From positions 72,993,772 through 73,057,677 of the forward strand of contig JARDVH010000097.1 of assembly GCA_030324005.1 (NCBI GenBank): a stretch of DNA of 63,906 bases, in the 5' to 3' direction. The DNA is from Negaprion brevirostris (taxonomy: Eukaryota). The translations under genes were made by a program, and so were the position numbers. This document shows positions 1 to 12,984 of this stretch, piece by piece (positions within the stretch are counted from its first letter, which is position 1; each line of letters starts with the position of its first letter). The notes beneath the pieces were generated by a model. The model searched no databases. It saw nothing but the letters and a program-made list of their open reading frames with translations, and was not told where the DNA came from.

Positions 1-309
1 AAATTGAAACCTACTTCTCTCACACCAGTCTTTGAGCCAGGTACTTTTCTCTCAAATTTCATGTATTCTATGCCAATTCTCACGTGGCTCAGCTAACAAT
101 CCAGAGATCATAACCTTGGATGTTCTATTGTTAAATTTAGTGTCTAGTTTCTCAAACACACTCTGCAGAACCTCTCTCCACTTATATCATTGATACCTAC
201 TAGGACCATGACAATGGGATCCTCCCCCTCCCACTGCAAATTCCTCTCCAGCCCAGAACAGATGTCTCAAACCCTGACACCAGGCAAGGAGCGCAGATGC
301 CTGGATTCT

Positions 310-598
310 GGACAGCACAGTGGCACATGGTCCCTCACAGTGCCAGAGGCCCAGGATCAATTCCTGACTTGGGTTACTATTTGTAGAGAGTCTGCACATT
401 CTCCCCAGGTCTTCATGGGTTTCCTCTGGTGTTTGGGTTTCCTCCCACAGTCCAAAAGATGTGCTTGTTAGGTGCATTGGCCATGTGAAATTCTCCCTCA
501 GTGTATCCAAACAGATGCCAGAGTGTGGCAGTCAGGCGATTTTCACAGTAGCTTCATTGCAGTGTTAATGTAAGCCTATTTGTGACTAATGAATAATT
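310..598 (+). mobile_element. tRNA-derived V-SINE (HE1-like), tail type A
   Basis: Head gacagcacagtggcaca...ggatcaattcc, V-domain gggtttcctc...tttcctcccacagtccaaaag, tail cttcattgcagtgttaatgtaagcc...taatgaataa. Confidence 0.8.
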
Positions 599-611
599 TT
601 TTTTCTTTCTG

Positions 612-1510
612 GGGATAGGTTACAATGGAGTTCCTCAAGGCACAAGTATTAAGATCACTGCCTAAACTTCCTCAACTTGGATAGGCAGAACACAATTTCA
701 AGATTTACTGATAATACAAAACACGCAAATATTCTGAGCTATGAAAATAATGATAGACTTCAAGAGATGTAGGTAGGTGATATGAAAGCAGATGAAAGTT
801 AATGCAAAGATGTATGAAGTGATACATTTTGGTAAAAGATCAAGGAAAGGCAATATAAAATGGGGTATATAATTCTAAAGCAGAGAGTAAGTATATGTGC
901 ACAAGTTACGGAAGGAGACTGGGCAGGTTGTGGAAATGGTTAATAAAGCATACTCTTTATAAATAGAGGTTTAGAATACAAAATCAAGGAAATTATGATG
1001 ACTTTGATAAAATTGTTTCAGTCTCACTAGGAGTATTGTGTTCAATTCTAGGCACCGCACTTAAAGGAGGATGTGAGGGCATTAGAGAAGGTGCAAAAAT
1101 GATTTACAAGAATGGTTCCAGAACTTCAGTTATTTGGATAGATTAAGAAGAACAGCTCCAGTTTCTTCAGAGCAGAGTTGCTGGGGAGAAACTTTTCCTG
1201 ATGCTGCAAGTGTCAAGAACTAGAAGACACCAATTTAAGGTGAATTTAAGATCAAAAGAATCAAAGGCGACAAGTGGAAAATGTTTTTACACTGTGAGTG
1301 GTTACGATCTGGAATGCATATTCAATCGTGGTAGAGGCATATTCAATTATGGCTTTCGAAAGGAGATTGGATAATTAGCTGAAAAGAAAAAGTTTGCAGG
1401 GTACAGGGAAATGGAACCAGCTGAATAGCTTTTGCAGACTTGGCACAGGCATAAAGGGCCAATGGATCTCTTGTTCTTCAGCCTTTCTATGACCCTATTC
1501 CACGATTCTA
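612..1510 (+). mobile_element. Degraded CR1 LINE 3' portion (RT C-terminus and 3' UTR)
   Basis: Remnants ggagttcctcaagg (GVPQG), gatacattttgg, gagtattgtgttcaattc (LEYCVQF), tctggaatgca, tail aagggccaatgg...ttctatga. Confidence 0.75.
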
Positions 1511-2439
1511 AGTGAACATTTCAGCAACTTTCAGCAACATGGAAATGTTACCATCTTTGATAGACTTGTATTTTAATGCAATACAATAATATAATCAAAA
1601 CACTCAATTATGGTATCATGGTATCCTTTAAGCTGCCAGGTGCCAAGCCGAGACATAACATTGTGGTTCAAATATTAAAACTGGAAGGTTCAGACAATAA
1701 TGCCTCTTATTGTGTAATTAACATCCTAACTCTATATTCTTGCACCTTATTGAATTCATTTGAACTACAATTTTTTTTTGTTTTTGCAAAAGTCAACTGT
1801 GGTGCAGCCAGAATTTTCATTCATTCAAAAAGAAAAAGTACAATGGGCCTCTGCCTTAGTAGTAAAGAATTAAAACAGGAGTTCAGCAAACAATAAGGAT
1901 TTTGACAGACAATTTGTCTGCAGATCTGAATAAATTTCCAACAGTCCCTTTCTTCCCAAAGAAGCTCAGCCTGGCACAGTCTCCCTCAGTCACAATGGCG
2001 CTGGCACTCAGATCATTATTTCCTCATCACTGCCACCAATATCATAACATTAATCATTGTCTCAAAGTGCAGTAATCACACAATTAAGAAGCGACTTTGA
2101 TCAAACTCTTCTAATATATTGGAATGAAGGTAGCCTAATTGTGGAGGTGTGAATTTTAGGTGATCTTAAGTCCATTTTAGAAATAAAGATGAACTCTAAA
2201 TCTGGGAAGTGCTGATCCAACTGATGGCAGCATGAAACCAGTCTGATTTAAATTAAAAACATAGATTGAAAGGTTTGAGTCCAAGAAAATAAAATAGTCA
2301 AGTTGTCAGTGAAAATAATTCATTTCCTGAACAATGGACAAGAGAAAAGTAGACATTTCAGTTCCTCAAACCTACCATACTCTGCCATTTAATAAGATCT
2401 AGACTGATCAGTATCTCATTTCCAGTTACCTGGTTATAT

Positions 2440-2803
2440 TCCATTGGATGGCATTTACAAAAGACAGTTTCTGGGGCAGGAATAGTTTCCCCTCAGTCAT
2501 TTAACCGCCAACTAGCTGTTAATTTTTGAAGGTGGGACTTCCACTCCCAGGTACAGCAAGGCCCACCTCAGAGAGCTGCTGGTCAATCAGGCCAAGCAGC
2601 TATCGGATGAGGCCTTTAAATGGGTATTAATTGCCCACTTAAGGGCCTCAAGTGGCCCACTGACAGCTAAACTGCACAATGCTAGCCCACTGCTGGTAAA
2701 ATTGTGGTTCAGGCAGGGAAATGGGGGTAGGCAGCAGTCAGGCCACCCACTGGGTTTTCAATGTCCCTCAAACCCACCCATTGGGCAGTGTAAAATCCAA
2801 CTC
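2440..2803. mobile_element. Short non-autonomous TIR element (MITE-like)
   Basis: Ends ggatggcatttaca and tgtaaaatccaac are roughly inverted; GC-enriched interior. Confidence 0.45.
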
Positions 2804-2807
2804 CATA

Positions 2808-3365
2808 CACGAACGAAGAACAAAGAAAATAAAGCACTGGAAGAGGCCCTCCGACCCTCCAAGCCTGCACCGACCATGCTGCCCAACTTAACTAAAACCT
2901 CCTACGCTTCCAGGGACCATATTTCTCTATTCCCATCTCATTCATGTACTTGTCAAGACACCCCTTAAAAGTCACTACTGTATCTGCTTCCACTACCTCC
3001 CCNNNNNNNNNNNNNNNNNNNNNNNNNNNNNNNNNNNNNNNNNNNNNNNNNNNNNNNNNNNNNNNNNNNNNNNNNNNNNNNNNNNNNNNNNNNNNNNNNN
3101 NNTCTATTCCCATCTCATTCATGTACTTGTCAAGACACCCCTTAAAAGTCACTACTGTATCTGCTTCCACTACCTCCCCTGGCAACGAGTTCCAGGCACC
3201 TATCACCCTCTGTGTAAAAAATCTGCTTCATACATCTCTTTTAAAACTTGCCCCTTGCACCTCAAACCTATGCCCCTTCGTAATTGACTCTTCCACCCTA
3301 GGAAAAAGCTTCTGACAATCCACTCTGTCCATGCCTCTCATAATCTTGTAGACTTCTATCAGGTG
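2808..3365 (-). mobile_element. CR1 LINE 3' end spanning a gap
   Basis: Minus ORFs LIEVYKIMRGMDRVD..LFPRVEESITKGHRF and AWNSLPGEVVEADTVVTFKGCLDKYM; tail acgaagaacaaagaa. Confidence 0.9.
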
Positions 3366-4439
3366 GCCCATTGGCAGCCTGTCAACATTCATACCTCTCA
3401 ACACTCCTATCTGCCAAAAATCTCTCAATCTTAGTTCTGGAATTTTAGCCTCAATAACATTTTGGGGATGAGAAGATTGCTGTTTTCCTCTGTGTGAAGA
3501 GGTGCTTTATAACATCACCACTGCCTTGCTCAACTCTCAAGGTTATGTCCCCTTCTTCTGGAATTTCCAAATAACTTCTGTCTATTTACCCTGGCAGTAA
3601 AATCCTTAAATCTTGAACACCTCAATTAGACCCCCCACTTAATCTTCTATATTCAAGGGAATCCAAGATTTATTGGAAGAAAAGCTTTTATGAATATTTC
3701 CTTTAAACTGTTAATCCTGAACTTGCCAGATAATTATCTGCAAAAGTTGCCAATGAACGAGTATAAAACGTAAAACCCGGTCATTGACAAAAGCTGAAAT
3801 GAACACAGAAAATGCTAAACATGTACAGCAGGTTCATTAATACCTGAAAGACAAAAGCCAATTAGCATCACAGGCATTATGAAATGTATCCTAAAAAGAA
3901 AATATTTTCAGGGCTAATGGGGGGGAAGGGCACTGGGTCACATTGGAATGCTCTTTCAAACAGCTAGCACTGGCATGATGGGCCAAATGATTTCCTTCTA
4001 TGCAATTCCTACAATGCAACTCTTATTTTATGTGTGACTGTTGATCAGGATTTGTCTTGTGTTGTACCATTTCCACAGCTGATGCTTCAGCTTTCCAGCA
4101 TAAACCATTTGTCACAATTTAAACACGTTTTGGATGACATGTAACACATTCTGAACTTCCTCACCACATCAGTTACAATGTCACTTTGTTAAATTAAGCA
4201 GTATCTGGTGGTTTAACACATGGATTTTACTGGATGTAAACCAAGTAAAATTATGAGAATTTGGAAAATGAGTAATAATTTAAAATCTTAAAAATGCTCC
4301 CAGTCATTGAAATTCACATAATATCAGCTCTGACTGCATGAAGACAATGGCAGCAATGGCTGCAAAGCAGGATAATTCAAGTTACACAGCTGGAAGAGCA
4401 CCATCTACTGTTCCAAGTAAAACTAAATGATTAATACAG

Positions 4440-4600
4440 TTCTTATACTGTATACAGTTCTTGACACTAAAGATGTCAAGGGATATAGGGACAGTGTGAA
4501 AGTATGGTGTTGAGATAGAGGACCAGCCATGATCATACTGAATGGCACAGGTGGCCCGAAGGGCCAAATGGCTTACTCTTCCTCCTATTTTCTACACTTT
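4440..4600 (+). mobile_element. CR1 3' tail fragment
   Basis: gtcaagggatatagg...cagccatgatcatactgaatggc...aagggccaaatggcttactcttcctcctatttt. Confidence 0.75.
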
Positions 4601-5490
4601 CAAGCTATAGTCACTGGAAAATCATCAAGTGAAACCATCTACTTAATTCCACCTCTTGTCCTTGGACTACTTCCTTTTATAGTTACCTCACAAATATTTT
4701 TCTAAATTGCTTTCAAAATAATATATTCCATATCTCAATAGCCACTCAAAAAATATTGGGTGATATTTAATGGAGAGTTCTTTTCTGTCAGTTGGAAAGT
4801 CAGTGAGAACCTGTGCTGTCACTTTTATGGAAAGCCTGCCAAATTACATGAAAATCAGGAATTTAGCTGGACATTGACAGGCCTTCTCCAGATTAAGGAC
4901 TGGCAGCTCGATTGTTGCCCACATGATACCCACCTGAGGCCTAATATCCCAGCTTACAGGTGAGTAATAACAGGACAAAGGGGTATTAGGGTTGGGTTCA
5001 TGGGAACAGGAACAGCAGCATGAGAAGGGATTAGCTCTGAGCAGTCCCCAGCACACCCACTTCTGATACTGGATGCCTCTATCAGACACTGAGTGAATGA
5101 ATGAGGGGTCACTCCAGCAGCCCAGAAACAACTGTGCACAGAATTGTTTTTCATCCTCCCTACGTGGTGAGCTCCATGCCTACCAGCATTGGTGGTCTGT
5201 GGTCTTTAAAAGCCTCAATTATACTACCCACAGGCCTTCCCATCACAGACTTAATCAGAGCGAAAGTGAGAAAGCAGCACAGTCCTCACTCGCCACCTCC
5301 TGCCTGATTAAATACCCCCTAAATGCCATCAAACTTGCCACAGGAAGGGCATCAAATCTGCCCAATTTGTTAAAAAATCCTTTTAATTTCCTCTTTCTGT
5401 TCTTATAGTAATAATCCTCAACTTCTGTCTCTTCACCAGCAAATGAAAATAATCTTGCGCTAATCGCCAGAAACCTGCAACTTCACTTGC

Positions 5491-5600
5491 AGCTGGGATT
5501 CTCTAGTGCCATTAAGCAAATGGAGTTTTGGCTGAGTGCCAAATTTTCCATTCTGCCTGGCAATGGAGTGGGAACAAATGAGCTCAGAGAATCCCGCTCA
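5491..5600. mobile_element. ~110-bp MITE-like element
   Basis: Terminal inverted repeats gctgggattctct ... agagaatcccgc. Confidence 0.6.
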
Positions 5601-7641
5601 ATGTCTATTTATTTGGATAGATTTCTTTTAACCCCATGTGCTTTAATGTTCATTAGTTTACTCTTAACTATACACTCTGGTTTGCTCAAAAAATCTGAAT
5701 TACTGAAGCATAACTACATTTTTATAAATTTATGCTGGCTTTTTAGGATTGCCAACCCTCCCAGAATAGTCAGGAGTCTCTTGGAATTGGCATCAGTCTC
5801 CTGGTGGTCAAAGAAAGCTTTCCAGTAATTGGGTAAATTTGGTCCGTTTGGTCTACAAACATCATCACCCCAAAACCAAGTCTGAGGATTGCACAGCACT
5901 GCATTCCCGTATTGCAGAACAGACCACAAATCCCAGAGGAACCTGCGGCCAGGGCAGGGGGACAGTCCAGTGATGCGACTTGTCAAGTGAAACACCAGAA
6001 GCTGACATTAAGAGTGAGAGTAGCAGCTGGATATGGCTATGTCAGAGGGCAAGCAGCTCAGTTGAGATTGAGATTCTAATGTCACTGATGTTTCCAGTAG
6101 CTCTTCCCCTCCCTAATTATTGTGCATTGAGGGCAGAGAGAGTAGGTGGGGCATGATTTGTATTTTCCTTATACAGCCAACTCACTAATCTAGAATCAAC
6201 TTGCACCATTCAAATGACTTTTCATGATGTCACTTCTACTGATGCCTTGTGGAATATGTCCATCCGAATTGGCAACTCTCCAACCATTGATGATTATCCA
6301 ATGCCTCTGTGAAGTGTTAATTTCACCAATTTAATTTCTTGACCAAATTCCAAGTGTTTCAAAAGGAAACAGATATATGTGAACTCATTGATAGCTCATC
6401 GGAAATGGACTGTGAATAGCTGAGCTATACAAATCAAGAGTTTGCATTGAACCCTCAGCTCTTTGAGATATTATGTTGATTTCAAGCCAGTGATCTTCAC
6501 ATGACAATTCCTGCTGGTAAAAGGCTGAAGTTTGAACTTGTAGTACAACATCAAACTTAGCTGTGATGCTCAGTAAACTGCTGGCATTGGTGATTCAAGC
6601 TAAAGCATTAAGACTATCACATATTTGAGGTAGTGAAGAATTCCTAAGGCTATTGTCTTAAAGGGAAATGAAGAAAAATTGGGGTGAGAATAAATGTCAT
6701 TTGTTTGGAACATATAGAGTTAAGATGCTTCAACAATAGGTACAAAAAGTCATCTTTATCTGTTCTCTATGAACGTCATCTTCACCTGAAAATATCCATT
6801 CCCAACTCGTTCAGATTTCCCAAATATCTCCTATGTGCGGCCTTTCTTTTCTCCTAATGTCCACGGAGCCTGCCATTTTACTGTTCTGCCAACAGTCTTT
6901 GAGATACCACAATCAGGCTTATGCCATCACCCAAAGCATCAATATCTTGTTGGCCAATTATAAATTGCAATGTGTGCTTGTGGCAGTAGTTTTTCTTTGC
7001 TTTTTATTGCCTTGCAACCTCAATATCTTCCTCAAATAATCTCATTTGTGCAAGAAAGCTGAAGATTTATTTCCAGAAATAACATTTTTTGGGATACAGC
7101 GAATGAGTAATTTGAAACATGACATGGTAAGTGTGCTGTGGTTCGGTGTAACAGATAAGTTTGGACCTATGTTCTCCAGCACTATGGCTTCTCTGTAGAT
7201 CATGAGATAAAGATTAGTCAACAACTCATTATAATTGCATCATGAAACTACCAGGATGATAGAAGATGAACAAGGTGGATGTTGGCCTTTTTACTATCAA
7301 CCAATCCCGATGTTGCTCCTCTGTGACATCGTACATCATGTTTCACAAGATCATTATGGATGAGAGACACCATTCCACTCATCTTAATTCATCCACTTTG
7401 AAATGCTGCACTACCCTAAATTTCACCATCAAATTATTTGTTGAAAGATTCCATCGTTTTTGCCCCTATTGTTGTCTTTAATATTTTGTGTCCATTTTTC
7501 CTGTTCAGCGTCAAGCACTAGGAGGCATCAGAAAAGGGATGAAATAATGTAGGCCAATATACTTGTGAAAAATTATTAGTTTTTTTGCAATTTTCACTCA
7601 TTATCAGCCTCTCAGCCTGCAATTATCACTCATTATCATTA

Positions 7642-8297
7642 CACAGGACTAGAGGGCACAGCCTCAAAATAAAGAGAGGGGGGGGGGCAGTTTAGATTGG
7701 AGTTGAGGAGGAATTTCTTCACTCAAAGAGTGGTGAATCTCTAGAATTTTCTGCCCGTCAAAGTGGTGGAAGCTACCTCACTGAATATATTTAAGTCATG
7801 GGTAGATAGGTTTCTGACAGACAAGGGAATTAAGGGTTATGGGGAGTAAGCGGGAAAGTGGAACTGATCCACTTCAGATCAGCCATGATCNNNNNNNNNN
7901 NNNNNNNNNNNNNNNNNNNNNNNNNNNNNNNNNNNNNNNNNNNNNNNNNNNNNNNNNNNNNNNNNNNNNNNNNNNNNNNNNNNNNNNNNNGGGGGCACAG
8001 CCTCAAGATAAAGGGGGGGCGGTTTAGAACAGAGTTGAGGAGGAACTTCTTCACTCAAAGGGTGGTGGATCTCTGGAATTCTCTGCCCATTGAAGTGGTG
8101 GAGGCTACCTCACTAAATTATTTAAGTTGGGGTAGATAGGTTTTTGACAGACAAGGGAATTAAAGGTTATGGGGAGTAAGCGGGAAAGTGGAACTGATCC
8201 ACTTCAGATCAGCCATGATCTTATTGAATGGCGGGGCAGGCTGGATGGGCTAGATGGCCTACTCCAGCTCCTATTTCTTATGTTCTTATGTTCTTAT
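7642..8297 (+). mobile_element. Young CR1 3' end, present twice around a 100-N gap
   Basis: GHSLKIKGGRFRTELRRNFFTQRVVDLWNSLP; tail ttcttatgttcttatgttctta. Confidence 0.9.
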
Positions 8298-9779
8298 TAA
8301 TTATGCAGCCTTCTGCATTTTTGAGATAGAAATGACATACCAAATAATTGGTGATAATTCTTGTCACCAGTGTCAAATATAATATGCAGGGAATGTGGAT
8401 ACATCAGCAAAGCCCCAATGTAGATCAACAAAAAAGCAAATCTCAAGAATGAGCTCTACCCCTGCTCAGAAACCTGAGTAAGATGGGTCAATCACATAAA
8501 CCTTAACTCAACAGATATCATGAAGTACAAAGTGGAGCTGCACCACCCTGCTTTAAAAGGAAAGCATTAACAACATATACTTATACCCAAGAATGCATTG
8601 TCACACCAACAAATAATATCAAACACAACTGCTATAAACTGACCCATCAAAGCAACGTCTCCTTTGACAAAATGATTACAGCAAATATTCAAACATTTCT
8701 GACTGATAATGTTCCCATTATCTGATTATATCAGTTTGACCATGCAAACATATTCACATTAGAGTAATTAAAAAGATCACATAGGTTGTTCATAACTACA
8801 TGGACAGATTTGGATTTTTATTACTTGTTAGTGAAAGGAAGCAAATCAAATTCTCTACTAATGTCCACGCAGAATTTTAGCCTGTTTGCACAGAAGCAGC
8901 CCATTTAATCCCACTTATTTAAAGAAATGGAACAAAATTCCCCAGTTAGGAATACCTGGAATTAACAGAACAGCATTTGAATGTCAAGGTATTAGCATTA
9001 GAGGTCATTTTGGTAATATAATTTATGAATGGGAATGACTCACTCTGGCCGTAGTATGGCTCATGTCAGATACTATTATTGTTTAAACTTTTGGACATCC
9101 ATGTCCACATATTTTGCTGAAATGCCAGGAAGATTGACTGCTCGAGCATCAGGAATCTGCTTTACACACATTAAGAAAACACAAAGGTCAACCTAATCTA
9201 TCCATTCAGAGACCAGGTCCTTTTTCACATAACAAGCAGGGCATTCTAGATTTATCTGGACTGAGCTCTGCCACCCCTGAAAGGTGGCATAATTGACTCA
9301 GTCAGGGAAGATCCTTTCGCTGAAACCTTCTTTCACTGCATTAAAAACTAACCAATTTCTTCCACACCATGGCACCGTGGAAATGCTTTGCTGCTACAAA
9401 TGAGGTAACAAAATTATGATCACCTTGAATGCAATTAATTGTCTACTGATCTTTTCTTAATAATAGGGGACAGCATGAAACTTTCAGGAGAAATTCATTT
9501 CCTCAAAAGAACTGTATGTATGAAAAAGCATGTGACAATTTTTAGAAAGGGCTGGAACGAGGACATATTCATCATCACATCATTCATCACACTGTGATCA
9601 CACATATGGAGTATACTAGAATGTATTACTATGACTTTTGTTTTGTCACATCTTTGCAAAAGTTGGCAAATTGTCGGAAAAACCAATTGGTTCACTAATG
9701 TAATTTATGAAAGAGAGCTACCCGCTCTGGCTATGCTATGCCTCTTGTCACATTGTATGCTGATTGACTCTTGATGACC

Positions 9780-9935
9780 TCAGTCCGAAAGACATGCTAG
9801 TTAGCTGCACTGGCCATGCTAAATTCTTCCTCAGTGTGCCCGAACAGGCACGGGAATATGGCAGCTAGGGGATTTTTACAATTACTTCATTGCGCTGCCA
9901 ATGTAAGCCCACTTGTGACATTAATAAACTTACAC
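9780..9935 (+). mobile_element. 3' half of V-SINE, tail type A
   Basis: cagtccgaaagacatgctagttag...ttacttcattgc...cacttgtgacattaataaact. Confidence 0.75.
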
Positions 9936-10045
9936 TTAACTAGGAATGAGCAATAAATACTACCTTGCTACTGTCATCCACATTCCATGGACACATTTAA
10001 AAAAACATCCTGAATTCATACTGTCAATGTAGTCACTAATCTTAC

Positions 10046-10218
10046 CTGCAGCAGATGACAGCTTTACAAGACAAAGCCAGGTCTAAAAATGAGCGACGGA
10101 CTTCAAAAGACAGTGCGTAGTTCAACGTGTGCCCATCTACAATGAGGGCAAGTTCGTTCTCTTTATTCAAGGACTCACCTAGGTCCTCACAATGGCGAGT
10201 AAGTGTTTCCCTGGTTGC
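10046..10218 (-). CDS. ATP8A2: Internal coding exon of a P4-ATPase phospholipid flippase (cytoplasmic P-domain region), ATP8A2-like
   Basis: Acceptor tgtttgtttatttttcag| and donor TGCAG|gtaag; 173 nt, phase 0 to phase 2. Encodes [70 protein letters not shown] is the ATP8A signature; DGHTL and SFEVRRSF fit ATP8A2 as I recall it rather than ATP8A1 (DGKTL, TFGVRQYF). Confidence 0.9.
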
Positions 10219-10589
10219 CTGAAAAATAAACAAACACATTATGAATAAACTTGATATTAGAGGGAGAAGTGCTGGAGTTGTCAGCAAATGAGTGGTATTC
10301 AACCACTGGGTGAAGTGAAGTTGGAGGAAGGTTCCAAGTGATGCAAATCCAAGGCACATAGTTCTCTCTTGCAAATAGCAACAAAGTGGGGTGTGAGGGA
10401 GGTTACAGTGATTTCTGTTGACTTCAGAGGCTTGCAGAATTTGGGGACGAACATGTGTCCCAACGTTGAAGGGTTGAAGATTCAAACCTTGGTTACCATC
10501 TCCCAATATTGTGAGTGTATGTTTTTAGGAAGTGTATCTTTGTAAAGTCATCTCAAATGATGATGGTGCCACTCATTCTCCTTATTTTC

Positions 10590-11613
10590 TTCCCACATAA
10601 ATAAAGCATTGGGAGCTGCAGCTGCAGCCACTAATCCTGAGGGACCAATGTTAACTTCTGAGGAGGAAGGGAGAGTTCTGAGGGTGCAGCGTCACCTCCT
10701 TGTCCTGCACCTAGCGCAAACGCAGATGCATACATCTTAGTAGGTATGAACGAATTAGCCCTAAGGGATCCACACACACAATACAGATACATCACAGTCA
10801 TCTGACCAGCAGCAAGAGACCAAGATAGAGCAGGTCTAGAGCAGTCATTGGAATGCTGAAGGAGAGATGAATGTTGAGCCCCAGGCTGATGAAGAGCCTC
10901 TGGAGAGATCTGTCAGACAGCAGATGCTGGATGTAGAGCATGAGGCATGGGAAGCTGTGGCTGAGACTGCATGCACTAACATGGACAGTGAACACATCCA
11001 CACCATTACAGTGACCTTCAGAACGCACAGCTTCTTCCACTGAGACATGCGTCTGTCATGGGAAGCGAAACCCAGCAGCTGGATGTCAGGTCTGTGTTCT
11101 GATTTGACTCATCTCTAATCTCCAGTGCCTCGAGCCAGAGCATGGCAAGGAGCCTAACATTACATTCAAGTCTTGGCTTCTTTCAGGAAAACAGGGAGGG
11201 CAAAATGAATGTAGTTTCCACTGGGAGGGACATCTCTCGGGTGCTTCTAAGGGGGGAGCCTCCCCTTCATCTCTTCTCCATTGATACAAAATGCCTCAGA
11301 GTGCTGCGCTGACAGAGTAGTCTACTGCCACTGTGCAGGTGACTCCCACAATGCTTGGATGCTCACATCCAAGGGCTGCCTTAGCAGTCCAGAGGCTTCA
11401 GTCCCAGGCCTGCTAATAAATGCAAATTAAATTTCCATACTGAAACCAGTTCTGCACTGACATCTGGTGCAGATCTAATGACGTTGAAAATCTTGGTTGC
11501 AGAGGTGTGCTGAGGATCTAATGCCCACCGGGAAGTCCACAAGATGGCTGCCCCTGATGTCTCTGGCCCGCTGCACCACGCGAGTAGTGCAGCAGGCTGG
11601 GAGAATTGCCCCC
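10590..11613 (+). mobile_element. Decayed internal sequence plus 3' terminus of the GC-rich DNA-transposon-like (Harbinger-like) family
   Basis: Ends gggagaattgccccc; 11420-11613 resembles the right ends at 15750-15890 and 32340-32491. Confidence 0.5.
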
Positions 11614-11884
11614 CTGGAGTTATGTCATCTTCATGCTGAACAGTCAGTTAGCAGGGTAGTCCTTTGCTTACCTCTGGCTGCCTGACATTGTGTCTGCCCT
11701 CTGCATCTCTTGCACAGTAGCAAGTTGAACAACAGGGTGCACATGAGCAATGGTCTCCTACAGAATGAACAATGCTGAAGTGCATAAACTTAATAGTAGC
11801 AGTTTCTGAATGTCCCCTTCCCTGCTAAAACATCAGGCTGAACAGCATGAAATTCTCCCACCTTTTTTCAGCCACTGTCCAGCT

Positions 11885-12952
11885 TTGAGATTTTATGGAG
11901 GTGATATGGATGAAAGCTAGAGATTTTCCTCCCATTGTTTGGGATGGAAGCCGCCGGGGATTCATACCGGTAAAGAAGGGGGGGCCAATCCCTCCTGAGA
12001 GGCTGGCATCAGCACACTAAGCGGGTCATTGCGCATGCGCCAATCTGTCAATGGGGAGATCCCCCAACCCCCTCCGTTCTGATCACCAGCCTGTGATCAC
12101 TCCCCACTCCCCGATCGCAGCCTCTGTGACCCCTCTTCCCCCCATCTCTGGCTGCCAGCTCTCCCACCCTCTCCCCCCACCCCCCACCCCCGACTAGTCC
12201 TATTCCTTCCCCCCTCCAATGGCCAGCCCCAACTGCCTTCCTCCCTGTCAACCCAACCGTTCCCTAATGCAGAGTGCACAGCGAGTCCACCCCCACCCGA
12301 ACACCACCAAACAGCCACGCCCCCCCCCTGAGGGCCCNNNNNNNNNNNNNNNNNNNNNNNNNNNNNNNNNNNNNNNNNNNNNNNNNNNNNNNNNNNNNNN
12401 NNNNNNNNNNNNNNNNNNNNNNNNNNNNNNNNNNNNNNNNNNNNNNNNNNNNNNNNNNNNNNNNNNNNNNNNNNNNNNNNNNNNNNNNNNNNNNNNNNNN
12501 NNNNNNNNNNNNNNNNNNNNNNNNNNNNNNNNNNNNNNNNNNNNNNNNNNNNNNNNNNNNNNNNNNNNNNNNNNNNNNNNNNNNNNNNNNNNNNNNNNNN
12601 NNNNNNNNNNNNNNNNNNNNNNNNNNNNNNNNNNNNNNNNNNNNNNNNNNNNNNNNNNNNNNNNNNNNNNNNNNNNNNNNNNNNNNNNNNNNNNNNNNNN
12701 NNNNNNNNNNNNNNNNNNNNNNNNNNNNNNNNNNNNNNNNNNNNNNNNNNNNNNNNNNNNNNNNNNNTGCAAAATTTAATGAGCTTAATATCTTGATAAT
12801 AGTCTTTTTTAAATGGCAGACAGCCTGTCGATTTCAGCACATGCCCGACTTGTGTATTATTGAAGACTGGCATGATGAGATTGGATAAGAAAGCCGGTGT
12901 CATCATGCCAGAGTTTGTATATGCCTGATTTCTAATTGTAAAATTCACCCCT
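11885..12952 (+). mobile_element. GC-rich palindromic non-autonomous element (gapped)
   Basis: ggggccaatccc...gagaggctggcatcagcacactaagcgggtcattgcgcatgcgccaatctgtca, C-rich tract, gap, end gtaaaattcacccc. Confidence 0.6.
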
Positions 12953-12984
12953 GTGGGCTGCAATGGGTAGAGTTTGGCCAGAGT

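Larger units (their letters stand above)
1..10045 (-). other. Downstream intron of the ATP8A2-like gene (extends past window start)
   Basis: Begins at the GTAAG donor; the expected next exon (VSPLQK...IGDGANDV) is not visible. Confidence 0.75.

Noticed and set aside
1576-1896. 106-aa ORF ending MGLCLSSKE...
   Set aside because: No recognisable domain or exon structure; AT-rich chance ORF.
2925-3180. Direct repeat across a 100-N gap
   Set aside because: Identical contig overlap; assembly artefact.
10219-10506. N-terminal part of the 154-aa ORF 10042..10506
   Set aside because: Intronic read-through upstream of the acceptor; no P4-ATPase similarity.
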